Shown here piece by piece: positions 10,742 through 20,978 of a DNA stretch of 64,000 nt. The stretch's first letter is position 1; the number at the start of each line of letters is the position of its first letter. Below the pieces are notes generated by a model. It was not told the DNA's origin, searched no databases, and was given only the letters and a program-made list of their open reading frames with translations. Source of the stretch: an uncultured Gemmatimonadales bacterium (GTDB lineage: Bacteria > Gemmatimonadota > Gemmatimonadetes > Longimicrobiales > Longimicrobiaceae); NCBI GenBank assembly GCA_963716255.1, contig OY970303.1:6016001-6080000 (forward strand). The letters run 5' to 3'. The position numbers and the translations under genes are program-made.

Positions 10742-10879
10742 GGCCGGTTGCGGGCAAACCCATGCAGGTGTTAAATTTCTGAGTTTCCCGGACGCACGGA
10801 TCCATCTTGCGCGCCGTCCCGCTTCGTTTCGCGACCGGCCGTCGTGTCCCTCCAGATCCCACCCGCAGTGAGATAAACG

Positions 10880-11260
10880 ATGGATCGCACCCAGCTCGAA
10901 CACATCGAGCGTCGGCTTCTCCGGGAGCGCGAGCGCATCCTTCGGTCTCTGGGCCGCTTCTCGGAGCAGGCCAAGCTGACCCGCGATTCCGCCGACAACG
11001 ACCTGTCCAGCTACTCGTTCCACATGGCCGACCAGGGAACGGACGCCATGGAGCGGGAAAAGACGTTCCTGTTCGCGAGCAAGGAAGGCCGCTACCTGTA
11101 CCGCGTGGAGGAGGCGCTGCGGCGCCTGTACAACGACCCGGAGAACTTCGGGATCTGCCACGGCTGCAAGAAGGAGATCCCCTTCGAGCGCCTGGATGCC
11201 CTCCCGCACGCCCGGTACTGTCTGGATTGCAAGCTCCGTGAGGAGGAGGCGGCGGCGTAA
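10880..11260 (+). CDS. TraR/DksA C4-type zinc finger protein
   Basis: HMADQGTD coiled-coil tip; CHGC...RLDALP...CLDC. Confidence 0.9.
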   Translation: MDRTQLEHIERRLLRERERILRSLGRFSEQAKLTRDSADNDLSSYSFHMADQGTDAMEREKTFLFASKEGRYLYRVEEALRRLYNDPENFGICHGCKKEIPFERLDALPHARYCLDCKLREEEAAA

Positions 11261-11286
11261 GCCGTTCGCTCGACTCGGATCTTGAA

Positions 11287-11322
11287 GGCGGCTCACTCGT
11301 TTCGGGTGGGCCGCTTGTCTTT
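11287..11322 (+). terminator. Intrinsic terminator after the dksA-like gene
   Basis: GGCGGCTCACTCG-TTT-CGGGTGGGCCGCT followed by TGTCTTT. Confidence 0.6.
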
Positions 11323-11337
11323 GGGGGCGGGTTTCGA

Positions 11338-11487
11338 TGCGGGGGGCCGCTCCGGAACCAGGCCAAACTGCCGGCCTGTTTCCTACGCGGGCTCCGGGAG
11401 CCAGCCGAAACTGCCCGGCTGTCTCCCTGCGCCGGAGTGAGCCTCGCCAAACTGCCGGCGAGTCTCCCTCCGAACAGATTCTGGGGG
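11338..11487 (+). repeat. Repeat family B, copy 1: three tandem hairpins with AAACTGCC loops
   Basis: Loops at 11365, 11408 and 11449; homologous to the reverse complement of 46647-46794. Confidence 0.85.
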
Positions 11488-11542
11488 ATACTGCGGAAAC
11501 CGCGAACGACAACAAGCCCTCCCCCGGAATTGGGGGATATAG

Positions 11543-12928
11543 CAGGTTGCTGAAAAGCTTGTGCGCACGCGCGTGCGCGCGAGGGCGTGGCGTCGTAGAT
11601 TGGGGAAAACCTGTCCTCACACTCTCGGGGAGCAGCCACGATGCGCGGACGAGTCAGCCAGCAGCACGCGATGTGGATGTTCTACGATCCGGAGAGCCTG
11701 CTCTCGCCTACGCATCCGCTGCGGGCGGTCAAGGCGCGAGCCGATGCGGTGCTGGCCGGGATGAGTCCGGAGTTCGACCGCGCCTACGCGGCTCTGGGAC
11801 GGGCGAGTATCCCGCCGGAGATGCTGCTGAAGGCGCTGCTGCTTCAGGCGCTGCACTCGATCCGTTCGGAGCGGATGCTGGTGGAGCAGATCGGAGTGAA
11901 CTTGGCTTACCGGTGGTTCCTGGACCTGGAGCCGCATGCGGGGGTGTGGGATGCGACCACGTTCACGCAGAACCGGGATCGGTTCGAGAAGCACGGGCTG
12001 GTGCGCACCTTCTTCGAGCGGATCATCGAGGGGGCGTACCTGGAGGAACTGGCGAGCCAGGAGCACTTCTCGATCGATGGCAGCCTGATCGAGAGCTATG
12101 CCTCGATGAAGAGCCTGCGCAAGATCGGCAGCCCGGACGAGAAGGTCAGCGACGGCTCGAAGGACGGCGACACGAGCAATCCCTCGGTGAACTTCCGCAA
12201 AGAGAAGCGGACCAACGCGACGCACCGCTCGCTCACGGACCCCGAGGCGCGCCTGGCGACCAAGAGCAAGGGAGTGCCGGCGCGGCTGTGCCATCTGCTG
12301 AACGCGCTGATGGAGAACCGGCACGGGCTGCTCATCGACGTCAGCGTGGTGGAGGCCGACGGGACGGGCGAGCGCGACCAGGCACTCCTGCTGCTGGAGC
12401 GCAGCCGGATTCGGCACGACTTGCCGGTGGAGCGCACGGTGGGGCTGGATGGGGGCTATCCCAGTGGCCCGTTCCTCCAGGCAGCCTATCAGGACGGTGT
12501 GAGCGCGCACGTGCCGATCCCGGAGGGGCCGATCGACCCGGACGCCAAGGGAGCCGAAGCGCGCAGCCGAGCCCGAGAGCGGATGGGTACGCCGGAGTAC
12601 GCCCTCTCGCAACGCAAGCGTAAGCGGATCGAGGAGATCTTCGGCTGGGCAAAGGAGATCGGCGGGATGCGTCGGAGCCGCCACGTGGATCGCTGGAAGC
12701 TGACGCAGAAGGCGCTGATCGTGGGCGCCGCGTACAACCTCCTGCGCCTGGCACGCCTCGCGCCGGGTTTGCAGGCCCTCGCCTGAGGCACAGTGCGTCC
12801 GTGCACGCCGAAAATGGCTGCACGGGCGGGAAACCGGGCACCCCATACGCCGGAAAAGCCCCGTTTCGCTGATTCTGGAGTGGAAGTTTTCCACGTCACA
12901 CTCCAGGCTGCCGTTTTTCAGCGACCTG
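11543..12928 (+). mobile_element. IS5-family-like insertion sequence, complete
   Basis: Terminal inverted repeats CAGGTTGCTGAAAA (11543-11556) and TTTTCAGCGACCTG (12915-12928), 13/14 match; ATAG duplicated at 11539-11542 and 12929-12932. Confidence 0.9.
11641..12786 (+). CDS. DDE transposase (IS5-family-like)
   Basis: GRASIPPEMLLKA, SIDGS, TDPEARL, GLDGGY, RKRIEEIFGWAK, AAYNL. Confidence 0.92.
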   Translation: MRGRVSQQHAMWMFYDPESLLSPTHPLRAVKARADAVLAGMSPEFDRAYAALGRASIPPEMLLKALLLQALHSIRSERMLVEQIGVNLAYRWFLDLEPHAGVWDATTFTQNRDRFEKHGLVRTFFERIIEGAYLEELASQEHFSIDGSLIESYASMKSLRKIGSPDEKVSDGSKDGDTSNPSVNFRKEKRTNATHRSLTDPEARLATKSKGVPARLCHLLNALMENRHGLLIDVSVVEADGTGERDQALLLLERSRIRHDLPVERTVGLDGGYPSGPFLQAAYQDGVSAHVPIPEGPIDPDAKGAEARSRARERMGTPEYALSQRKRKRIEEIFGWAKEIGGMRRSRHVDRWKLTQKALIVGAAYNLLRLARLAPGLQALA

Positions 12929-13018
12929 ATAGGGGGAAAGCCGTGCGAGCCTCGAGCGAGCCGGGTGGGGGCCCTCCCGCGGGCGCCAGCTCACCCCCGG
13001 CTGCACGCACGAGAAAAG

Positions 13019-13056
13019 CCCCTCTCCCGCTTGTGGGGGAGGGGTTGGGGAGGGGG
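13019..13056. repeat. REP-like palindrome family C (CCCTCYCCC...GGGRGAGGG), one of about nine copies
   Basis: Related units at 11516-11537/12943-12970, 19481-19535, 19561-19609, 20991-21025, 21064-21108, 21140-21186, 23958-24004 and 24046-24080; all intergenic. Confidence 0.75.
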
Positions 13057-13066
13057 CTGCCGTTCC

Positions 13067-13888
13067 CTACAGCAGCGACAGCTGCGGCGGCTGCTTGGCG
13101 GCGCGCAGGCGGCTCACGTCGATGCACTCCATCGGCTGCTCCTGCGAGGCCACCTGCACGGGGCCGCGGTAGCGGCGGCGCTCGAGGGCGGCGGCGACGG
13201 TGTCGCGGGCGATCTCGGGATCGTTGGCGGCCTCGCTCAGGTGCGCGAGGACCACGGAGGCGAGGCCGGGGTGGTACAGCTCCAGCGCCAGCTCGGCGGC
13301 GGCGCGGTTGGACAGGTGGCCGTGGGCGGAGGAGATGCGCGACTTCACGCTCCACGGGTAGTGGCTGTCCCTCAGGAGGATGGGGTCGTGGTTGGACTCC
13401 AGGATCAGCAGGTCGCAGCCCTGCAGGGCGTGGCGGACGGAGGTGGTGGCGCGGCCCAGGTCGGTGGCGATCCCCAGCTTCTCGCCGGTGCCGCGCTCCG
13501 TCACCGTCACGGCGATGGGGTCCACCGCGTCGTGCACCGTCAGGAACGGCGCCACGACGAGGCCGGCGATCTCCACCGGCTCCTCGGAGCTGTAGCGGCG
13601 GACCCGCTCGGTGCCGTCCAGGAGCTTCGCGCAGGCGGCGCGCGTGGGCTCCGTCATGTACAGCGGCACGCCCCAGCGGCGGGCGAACACCCCCATCCCG
13701 CGCGTGTGGTCGCTGTGGTCGTGGGTGATGAGCAGCGCGGTGACGGACTCCGGGGCGACCTCGGCGGCGGCCAGGCGGCGCTCCATGTCGCGCCCGCTGA
13801 AGCCGGCGTCCATCAGCAGCCGCGCCCCGCCCGACTCGATCAGGACGGAGTTCCCCCGGCTGCCGCTCCCCAGGACGGTGACCTTCAC
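13067..13888 (-). CDS. MBL-fold metallo-hydrolase (YycJ/WalJ-like)
   Basis: LGSGSRGNS, THDHSDH, ATDLG, LESNHD, GHLSN, LAHLS. Confidence 0.9.
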   Translation of the reverse strand: MKVTVLGSGSRGNSVLIESGGARLLMDAGFSGRDMERRLAAAEVAPESVTALLITHDHSDHTRGMGVFARRWGVPLYMTEPTRAACAKLLDGTERVRRYSSEEPVEIAGLVVAPFLTVHDAVDPIAVTVTERGTGEKLGIATDLGRATTSVRHALQGCDLLILESNHDPILLRDSHYPWSVKSRISSAHGHLSNRAAAELALELYHPGLASVVLAHLSEAANDPEIARDTVAAALERRRYRGPVQVASQEQPMECIDVSRLRAAKQPPQLSLL

Positions 13889-14009
13889 GCGAGTGCTGCC
13901 TCGGCTCTGCTGATTGTACGGCGGGACCTGCGACGACGCGGACGGGCGCGCTCCAGGGCCGCGCCCATCCGCGAGTGGGAAAAGAAGTTAACGGCGACCC
14001 GGCGGTTTG

Positions 14010-15242
14010 TCATCCACCGTCCGGGCGGGCGCGCGCCCAGGCGCGTCCCAGCTGCCCGCGCATCCCGTCCGACATCGGCACGCCGCGCCGGCCCATGGCC
14101 CGCTCCGCCACCTCCAGGAACCTGTCCACCCGGTACGACGTGAGCTCCTCCCCGGTTCCCCAGCTGAAGGGGGGGACGTAGCGGGGGGGCATCGCCGCGC
14201 CGTACAGGTTGCTCCCCGCGCCGATCACCGTCCCCGTGTTGAGGAGCAGCCCGATCCCCGTCTTCACGTGGTCGCCCAGGAAGCACCCCATCTTGATCTC
14301 CCCGGTGTCGGTCTCGCCCTCCGGGGTCCACAGGCGCACGGTGCCGTAGTTGTTCTTGAGGTCGCTGTTGCTGGTCTCCGCGCCCAGGTTCACCCAGGCG
14401 CCCAGGTACGCGTGGCCGATGTGCCCGTCGTGCGCCTTGTTCACGTAGGCCAGCGCCACGCTCTCCGCGAACTCCCCGCGGATCTTGCACACCGGCCCGA
14501 TGGCGCACGCCTCCAGCGAGCCGCCCAGCACCGTGCTCCCGCGCCCCACGTACACCGGCCCCGCCATGCGGGTGAAGGCGCGCACCTTCGCGCCCTCGTC
14601 CAGCCAGACGGGCCCCTCCGACACGTCCAGAACCACCCCCGGCTCGATCCGCGCGCCCTCGCCCAGGATCACCGCGTGCTCCCCCATGCGATGGACGCCC
14701 GCCGGCAGCCGGGCCGGGGCGGGGGAGGGGAAGAGGGCGGCCACGTCCTCCACGATCTGCTCCGGCGTCGCGGACATCAGCTCCCACACGTGGCGCAGCA
14801 CGCGGCCTGGGATCCCGGCCGGCTCTCCGGGCCATTCCGCGGTTTCAGCGGACGGGCCGCGCAGGAACTTGAGGGGGGGCCTGTCCTTTCCGGCGGGGGC
14901 GAACCAGCCGACCATCTCGCCGCCCATGGCGACGGGGCCTTCGCGCGCGATCAGCGCCTCGCCGGCGCCCCAGGCGGGCACCGCGCGCGACGACAGGAAA
15001 AGGCGCGCCCCCTCCGCCGGGACGTCGGCCCGGCCGCGCACGGGGGGCGTGCCCTCCTCCGCGAAGCCGGCCAGGTGGTCCGCCGCGACGTGGGCCGAGC
15101 ACTGCACCCCGAAGACGCGCTCCGCCCGCTCGCGAAGGCGCATGGTCCCGAAGAGGAGCTCCCCCGCGGGGCGGGTCAGCGCGAACGGCTCCCACCGCTG
15201 CGCCACGACGTCGTCGAAAAGGACCAGCGTGAAGTCTGCCAT
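14010..15242 (-). CDS. Putative sugar nucleotidyltransferase/acetyltransferase (GlmU-like, hexapeptide repeats)
   Basis: PFALTRP N-terminus; left-handed beta-helix region NKAHDGHIGHAYLGAWVNLGA, GCFLGDHVKTGIG. Confidence 0.8.
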   Translation of the reverse strand: MADFTLVLFDDVVAQRWEPFALTRPAGELLFGTMRLRERAERVFGVQCSAHVAADHLAGFAEEGTPPVRGRADVPAEGARLFLSSRAVPAWGAGEALIAREGPVAMGGEMVGWFAPAGKDRPPLKFLRGPSAETAEWPGEPAGIPGRVLRHVWELMSATPEQIVEDVAALFPSPAPARLPAGVHRMGEHAVILGEGARIEPGVVLDVSEGPVWLDEGAKVRAFTRMAGPVYVGRGSTVLGGSLEACAIGPVCKIRGEFAESVALAYVNKAHDGHIGHAYLGAWVNLGAETSNSDLKNNYGTVRLWTPEGETDTGEIKMGCFLGDHVKTGIGLLLNTGTVIGAGSNLYGAAMPPRYVPPFSWGTGEELTSYRVDRFLEVAERAMGRRGVPMSDGMRGQLGRAWARARPDGG

Positions 15243-15292
15243 TGTGTCGTCGCGCTCGGGGCTCCCGGAAAAGCGAAGCGCGGAAGCGCGGC

Positions 15293-15327
15293 CACTTTCG
15301 CACTCCCGCACTTTCGCGCTTTCGCAC
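15293..15327. repeat. Short tandem 8-mer repeat (CACTTTCG/CACTCCCG)
   Basis: Four units; the reverse-complement array lies at 46565-46594. Confidence 0.7.
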
Positions 15328-15335
15328 CGCCGTCT

Positions 15336-16427
15336 TCAGTCCAGCGTCCGCAGCTCCTCGGGGAGCTGCGCCAGGAGCGACTTCAGCTCCGGGGCGCGGT
15401 CCCGGTGGGCGACGAAGGTCACTCCTGCGGTGCGGACCACGATCAGGTCCTCCACGCCGAACGCAACGATCGGACCGTCGTCGGCGTACAGCGCGGTCCC
15501 CCGCGACTCCACCGCGTACGCCTCGCCCAGGGTGACGTTGCCCCGCGCGTCGGCGGGGCGGGTGCGGTACAGCGCGTCCCAGGCGCCCACGTCGTCCCAG
15601 TCGAAGGTGGCCTTCACCACCCCCACACGGTCGGAGCGCTCCAGCAGCCCCTCGTCGATGGAAAGGGTGGGCGCGCGGCGGAAGAACTCCTCCGTGCCTC
15701 CCTCGCGCAGGACGGGGATCAGCTCGGCCAGCTCCGGCGTGTGCCGCTCCAGCTGGTCCAGGAGGTCCGCCGCGCGCCACACGAAGAGCCCGGTGTTCCA
15801 CAGGTACTCCCCGGAGGCCAGGTACTCCCCGGCGGTGGCGCGGTCGGGCTTTTCCACGAAGCGGGCCACCTGGTAGCCGGCGGCGCGCCCCTCGCGGGGC
15901 GCAGCCTCGCTGCGCGGCTCGCCCGCGGCGAGGGCCGGGCCCAGGCGGATGTAGCCGTACCCGGTCTCGGGGCGGGTGGGGTTGGCGCCGATGGTGAAGA
16001 GGCGCCCGTGCTCCACCGCCAGCTCCGCGGCGTCCGCGATCAGCTGCCGGAAGGCCGCCGCCGGGTGGATGACGTGGTCGGCGTGAAGCGACACCATCAC
16101 CGCGTCCGGGTCGCGCCGCTCCAGCTCCGCCGCGGCCCAGGCGAGCACCGGGGCGGTGCCGGCGGCGCGCGGCTCCAGCAGGAAGTTGCCGGGCTCCAGC
16201 CCGGGGACCGCGCGCAGGATGGGGTCGGCCAGGTGCGCGCCCGTGAGGATCCGCAGCCGCTCCTGGGGGACCAGGGGGAGGATGCGCTCCACGGTGTCGC
16301 GGATCAGCGGCTGCTCGGAGGCCAGCGGGAGGATCTGCTTGGGGCGGGCGGGCGTGCTCACCGGCCAGAAGCGGGAGCCGACGCCCCCGGCCAGGATCAC
16401 CGTCCAGATATGATTCGGCTGCGGCAA
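15336..16427 (-). CDS. manC: Mannose-1-phosphate guanylyltransferase (start uncertain)
   Basis: VILAGGVGSRFWPVS..PKQ, PETGYGYI, FVEKP, WDDVGAW. Confidence 0.9.
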   Translation of the reverse strand: MPQPNHIWTVILAGGVGSRFWPVSTPARPKQILPLASEQPLIRDTVERILPLVPQERLRILTGAHLADPILRAVPGLEPGNFLLEPRAAGTAPVLAWAAAELERRDPDAVMVSLHADHVIHPAAAFRQLIADAAELAVEHGRLFTIGANPTRPETGYGYIRLGPALAAGEPRSEAAPREGRAAGYQVARFVEKPDRATAGEYLASGEYLWNTGLFVWRAADLLDQLERHTPELAELIPVLREGGTEEFFRRAPTLSIDEGLLERSDRVGVVKATFDWDDVGAWDALYRTRPADARGNVTLGEAYAVESRGTALYADDGPIVAFGVEDLIVVRTAGVTFVAHRDRAPELKSLLAQLPEELRTLD

Positions 16428-16542
16428 ATCCTCTGGCTCTGCGTTGCTGCTCGTCGGGGACTCCCTGCGGCGTACAACCTCGTACGCCTCAATCGCCCCT
16501 CCTCGCGCGCCTTGATCCAGAGGATTTTCCTTTGCCGAATGG

Positions 16543-16929
16543 TCAGAAGAGCTCGTCGACGCGCGCAAGGAGCTTCTTGGGGCTGAAGGGTTTGGTGAAG
16601 AAGTCGGTCGCGCCCAGCTCCAGCGCCTGCGCGCGGTCGGACTCCTGCCCCTTCGCGGTCAGGATGATGACGGGCGTGTCGCGGCGGTGCGGCAGCTCGC
16701 GAAGCTCCTGGAGTACCTCCAGGCCGCTCGCGAACGGCATCATGATGTCCAGCAGGACCACGTCGATGGGCTCCGCCCCGCGCAGGTGCTCCAGCGCCTC
16801 CCGGCCGTCGGGGACCAGGGTGACGTGGTAGGGGCCCTGCTCCAGCTTGAGCTGGATGATGCGGCCGATGTGCGGCTCGTCGTCCGCGACGAGCACGTTG
16901 CGCGTCCTGGGCTGGGCGTCGGGAGTCAT
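16543..16929 (-). CDS. Single-domain response regulator
   Basis: LVADDE, LLDIMMP, ILTA, KPFSP. Confidence 0.92.
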   Translation of the reverse strand: MTPDAQPRTRNVLVADDEPHIGRIIQLKLEQGPYHVTLVPDGREALEHLRGAEPIDVVLLDIMMPFASGLEVLQELRELPHRRDTPVIILTAKGQESDRAQALELGATDFFTKPFSPKKLLARVDELF

Positions 16930-16987
16930 CGGGGGCGGACGATGGATGCGGACGTTCGGGCGGGCGCCGCGTACGCGGCCCGGGAGG

Positions 16988-17341
16988 TCAGACCAGCGAG
17001 GCCAGCCGCTCGCGGCCGCTCGACAGGTCGCGCAGGAGCGGCGCGAACCCCACGCCGCCGCGCAGGAGCACGGCGAGGAGCAGCTCGGGCGAGAGCACGT
17101 CCACCACCGCCACCCCGTCCCCGAAGCGCACCACGACCGTGGACGGGTCCCCGTGCCCGGCGGCGGCGGCGAGCCCGCCCGCGGCCGAGGCGATCCCCGG
17201 CACCATCGCCGACACCGTTTCCGCGTCCAGCGCGCCGCTGCCGGAGTGCTGGATGAGGAGACCGTCCCGGCCCAGGATGAGGACGTGCTCCACGCCTTCG
17301 TGACCGCGCAGGGAAGCCATGGCCTGGTCGAGCTCGGACAT
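16988..17341 (-). CDS. Roadblock/LC7 domain protein (MglB-like)
   Basis: GVEHVLILGRDGLLI; about 117 aa with roadblock-like pattern. Confidence 0.8.
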   Translation of the reverse strand: MSELDQAMASLRGHEGVEHVLILGRDGLLIQHSGSGALDAETVSAMVPGIASAAGGLAAAAGHGDPSTVVVRFGDGVAVVDVLSPELLLAVLLRGGVGFAPLLRDLSSGRERLASLV

Positions 17342-17545
17342 CGCGAAACTCCGGGAAATGGACGGTGTAGAGACCCGGAGCAACGTACCCCGGCGAAATT
17401 CCGAAGTCAAGGCCGGACAAGCCTTGCACGGCCTTGACGTGGTCCGCCCGGCCCCCCTAGGTTTGGCCGGAATCCCGCGCGGGCGGCGCCCCGGCGCCAA
17501 GCCCGCGCGGGACCCTTTTTACGAATCGTTTCCGGAGCATCTCCC

Positions 17546-18130
17546 TTGCGCTTCTTCCGCCTCGTCCTCGCCCTTCCCCTGCTCGCCACGGCGGCGCTCT
17601 CGCTCGCCGCCTGCGACGATCCCACGGGGATCGGAGAGCAGGTGATCGTGACCGACACCGTCACCATCGGCGTGCCGTCGCTGGTCCCCGACAGCATCCC
17701 CACGGCGCTGGACGTGATCTCCGGCGACGGGCTCTCCCTGGGCGGCGGGCGCTTCCCGGAGCGCCCGGGCGAGGCGGACGTCTGGGACGTCACCGTCCGC
17801 CTGCAGAACGGGACTTTCTCGCTCCTCCCCCGGGGCGCCGTGGGGCTGGAGTCGCAGCGGGCCGCCGTGACCGACGCCATCGCCGGCACCACCTTCGAGG
17901 GGCTGGACGAGGCGCCCGCGTCGTCGCGCTTCAATTCCGCGCGCGGGGTCGCCCTGTCGGTGGGGAGCGTGTACGTGGTGCGCTCGCGGGTGTACCGGCT
18001 GAGCAGCGTCAACTGCTGGCAGTTCGCCAAGGTGCAGCCCCTGGCGCTGAACGCCGCGGCGGGGACGGTGACGCTCGCGGTGGCCACCAGCGCCGGCTGC
18101 CAGGACACGCGCCTGGCGCCGGAGGACTGA
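17546..18130 (+). CDS. Hypothetical lipoprotein
   Basis: Hydrophobic signal peptide ending in lipobox LAAC; stop 3 bp before serS. Confidence 0.7.
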   Translation: MRFFRLVLALPLLATAALSLAACDDPTGIGEQVIVTDTVTIGVPSLVPDSIPTALDVISGDGLSLGGGRFPERPGEADVWDVTVRLQNGTFSLLPRGAVGLESQRAAVTDAIAGTTFEGLDEAPASSRFNSARGVALSVGSVYVVRSRVYRLSSVNCWQFAKVQPLALNAAAGTVTLAVATSAGCQDTRLAPED

Positions 18131-18133
18131 CGG

Positions 18134-19423
18134 ATGCTGGACGTCAGGCGGGTCCGCGCGGAAACGGACGCGGTCCGCGCACGGCTCGCCGTGCGCGGCA
18201 AGGCGGAGACGGACGCGGCGCTGGACCGGGTGCTCGCGCTGGACGAGGAGCGCCGCGCGCTGGTGGGCGAGGGCGACGGCCTGAAGGCGCGCCGCAACGC
18301 GGTGTCGCAGGAGGTGGGGACCCGCAAGCGCGCCGGCGAGGACGCCGGGGAGCTGGTGGCGGAGATGCGCGCGGTGAACGACCGCATCCGCGAGATCGAC
18401 GCGCGCCTGCGGGAGGTGGAGGCGGAAACGGACGACCTTCTCCTGAGCGTCCCCAACACCCCGCACCCGAGCGTCCCCGCCGGGGGTGAGGAAAGCAACC
18501 AGACCGTCCGCAGCTGGGGCGAGCCGCGCGTCTTCGGCTTCACGCCGCGCCCGCACTGGGAGATCGCGGCGGAGCTGGGGATCCTGGACCTGGCGGGCGG
18601 GGCGAAGGTGGCGGGGAGCGGCTTCCCGGCGTACCGCGGGATGGGCGCGCGCCTGCAGCGGGCGCTGGTGAGCTGGATGATCGACCTGCACACGGAGGAG
18701 CACGGCTACACCGAGGTGTCGACGCCCTTCGTGGTGAACCGCGCGTCCATGACGGGCACGGGGCAGTTCCCCAAGTTCGAGGACGATGCCTACGTGCTCC
18801 CCGCGGACGACCTGGCGCTGATCCCCACGGCGGAGGTGCCGGTCACCAACCTGCACCGCGACGAGCTGCTGGCCCCCGACCGCCTCCCCATCGCCTACGT
18901 GGCGTACTCGCCCTGCTTCCGGCGGGAAGCGGGGGCGGCGGGCAAGGACACGCGCGGGCTGCTGCGCCTGCACCAGTTCGAAAAGGTGGAGCTGGTTCGC
19001 TTCGAGCGCCCGGAGCGCTCGGAGGCGGCGCTGGAGGAGCTCACCGGCCACGCGGAGCGGGTGCTCCAGCTGCTGGGTCTTCCCTACCGCGTGCTGCTGC
19101 TGGCAGGCGGGGACCTGGGCTTTTCCGCGGCGAAGACGTACGACCTGGAGGTGTGGGCGCCCGGGGTGGACCGCTGGCTGGAGGTATCCAGCTGCTCGGC
19201 GTTCATGGACTTCCAGGCGCGCCGCGCCGGGATCCGCTTCCGCCCCGCCGCCGGGGAGAAGCCGGAGTTCGCGCACACGCTGAACGGCTCCGGCCTGGCG
19301 CTCCCGCGCACCGTGGTCGCCATCCTGGAAAACGGCCAGCAGCCGGACGGTTCCGTGGTCGTCCCCGAGGTGCTGCGCCCGTACCTGCGCGCGGACGTGC
19401 TGTCCGTAGGGAACAGGGAATAG
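18134..19423 (+). CDS. serS: Serine--tRNA ligase
   Basis: [39 protein letters not shown]. Confidence 0.99.
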   Translation: MLDVRRVRAETDAVRARLAVRGKAETDAALDRVLALDEERRALVGEGDGLKARRNAVSQEVGTRKRAGEDAGELVAEMRAVNDRIREIDARLREVEAETDDLLLSVPNTPHPSVPAGGEESNQTVRSWGEPRVFGFTPRPHWEIAAELGILDLAGGAKVAGSGFPAYRGMGARLQRALVSWMIDLHTEEHGYTEVSTPFVVNRASMTGTGQFPKFEDDAYVLPADDLALIPTAEVPVTNLHRDELLAPDRLPIAYVAYSPCFRREAGAAGKDTRGLLRLHQFEKVELVRFERPERSEAALEELTGHAERVLQLLGLPYRVLLLAGGDLGFSAAKTYDLEVWAPGVDRWLEVSSCSAFMDFQARRAGIRFRPAAGEKPEFAHTLNGSGLALPRTVVAILENGQQPDGSVVVPEVLRPYLRADVLSVGNRE

Positions 19424-19613
19424 GGTTCACCGGTTCACGCGAAGCGTGAAGCGCCACAGGGAACGGCCTGCAACTGCGGGCCCTCACCCGGCTCGCTTGA
19501 GGCTCGCCACCCTCTCCCAATTCTGGGAGAGGGGGCAACGGCCAGACTCCGTGCGGTCTTCCCCTCCCTCGCTTGCGGGGGAGGGGGGCGCGCAGCGCCG
19601 GGGTGGGGGTTCA

Positions 19614-19764
19614 GCGGACGCCAGCGCGATGCCGCGTGAGGGATTTCGGCCCGGAGGGGCGAGACCGCGCGCTGTTTGCGCGGGCTCGACTCCGTTGCAA
19701 ACGGTAGTATCGTTTGCTACGGAGCCGAAGCCCGACCCCGGCGCAGCCGGGGGCACGCCCGAAC
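19614..19764 (+). repeat. Structured repeat family A, copy 1
   Basis: Core CGCGTGAGGGATTTCGGCCC...CTCGACTCCGTT...TACGGAGCCGAAGCCCGACCCC...GGGCACGCCCGAAC, shared with the other copies. Confidence 0.9.
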
Positions 19765-19796
19765 CCACGCCGTTCTTCAACCCGTACTAACCCGCT

Positions 19797-20978
19797 ATGA
19801 ACCGCCGCTACCTGCCGACGGCGCTCGCGCTGCTGGCGGCGGCCACGCTCGGGTGGTACCTGGTGTACACCGAGCTGCTGGTGCGGGAGATGCGCCGCGA
19901 CGCGGTGGTGCACTCCCGCATCTACATCCGCATCCTGCGGGGGCTCAACGACCCGGCGGACGATGCGGCGCTGCAGACGCTTCTCAAGGTCTCCGGCGAG
20001 ATGCAGCAGCTGCGCATTCCGCTGATCGTCACCGACGAGGACGGGGTGCCGGGCGCCGCCATCAACCTCCCCTTCGAGGCGGACGTCGCCAACCCGGACG
20101 ACCACGAGGCCATCCGGGCGTACGCGCGCGAGCTGGCGCGGCGCAACGAGCCCATCGTGGAGCCGGGGCTGGGGATCATCTTCTTCGGCGACCCGCCCAC
20201 GGTGCGGCGGCTGCGCTGGATCCCCTGGCTGCAGGTGGGCGCGCTCACCGGCCTGCTGGTGGCGGCGGCCTGGATGATCCGGCACAACTGGCGCACGGAG
20301 CGGGAGCGGATCTGGGCGGCCATGGCGCGCGAGTCCGCGCACCAGATGGCGACGCCGCTCTCCTCGCTGAGCGGCTGGGTGGAGATCCTCCGCCTCCCCG
20401 CCGAGGAGCGCGAGGACATGGCCTCGCTCCCCGCCGTGGCCGGCGAGATGGAGGCGGACCTGGACCGGCTGGAAAAGGTGTCGCGCCGCTTCGAGTGGAT
20501 CGGGCGGCCGGTGCGCCGCGAGCCGGTGGACGTGCGCTCCCTGCTGCGCGGGCTGGAGCGCTACGTGCGGGTGCGCCTCCCCAAGTTCGGGCGCGGGGTG
20601 GAGCTGCACATGGAGGCTGCGCCGGAGCTGCCGCAGGCGCTGGGGAACTCGGTGCTGCTGGAGTGGGCGCTTGAGAACCTGATCAAGAACGCGCTGGACG
20701 CGCTGGCCGGCACCGGGGGAACGATCGTCGTCCGGGCGGAGGAGCACACCCCCCGCCGCATCGCCATCCGCGTCTCGGACGACGGTCCGGGCGTTTCCCC
20801 GGCCGTGCGGAAGCGCATCTTCGACCCCGGCGTCTCCACCAAGAAGGGCGGCTGGGGCGTGGGCCTGTCGCTCTCGCGCCGCATCGTCCAGGACGTGCAC
20901 GGCGGCCGCCTGGAGCTGGAGAACACCGAGAAAGGCGCGACGTTCGTGATGCTTCTGCCGGTGGCGCCGACGGACTAG
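19797..20978 (+). CDS. Membrane sensor histidine kinase (no adjacent regulator)
   Basis: Two TM segments; H-box AHQMATPLSSL, N-box ENLIKNALDA, DDGPG, GWGVGLSL. Confidence 0.93.
   Translation: MNRRYLPTALALLAAATLGWYLVYTELLVREMRRDAVVHSRIYIRILRGLNDPADDAALQTLLKVSGEMQQLRIPLIVTDEDGVPGAAINLPFEADVANPDDHEAIRAYARELARRNEPIVEPGLGIIFFGDPPTVRRLRWIPWLQVGALTGLLVAAAWMIRHNWRTERERIWAAMARESAHQMATPLSSLSGWVEILRLPAEEREDMASLPAVAGEMEADLDRLEKVSRRFEWIGRPVRREPVDVRSLLRGLERYVRVRLPKFGRGVELHMEAAPELPQALGNSVLLEWALENLIKNALDALAGTGGTIVVRAEEHTPRRIAIRVSDDGPGVSPAVRKRIFDPGVSTKKGGWGVGLSLSRRIVQDVHGGRLELENTEKGATFVMLLPVAPTD

Noticed and set aside
11338..11487. Possible mini CRISPR array (three AAACTGCC repeats about 42 nt apart)
   Set aside because: The repeated part is an 8-nt loop inside variable palindromic stems, the intervening sequence is conserved in a second copy, and no cas genes are present.
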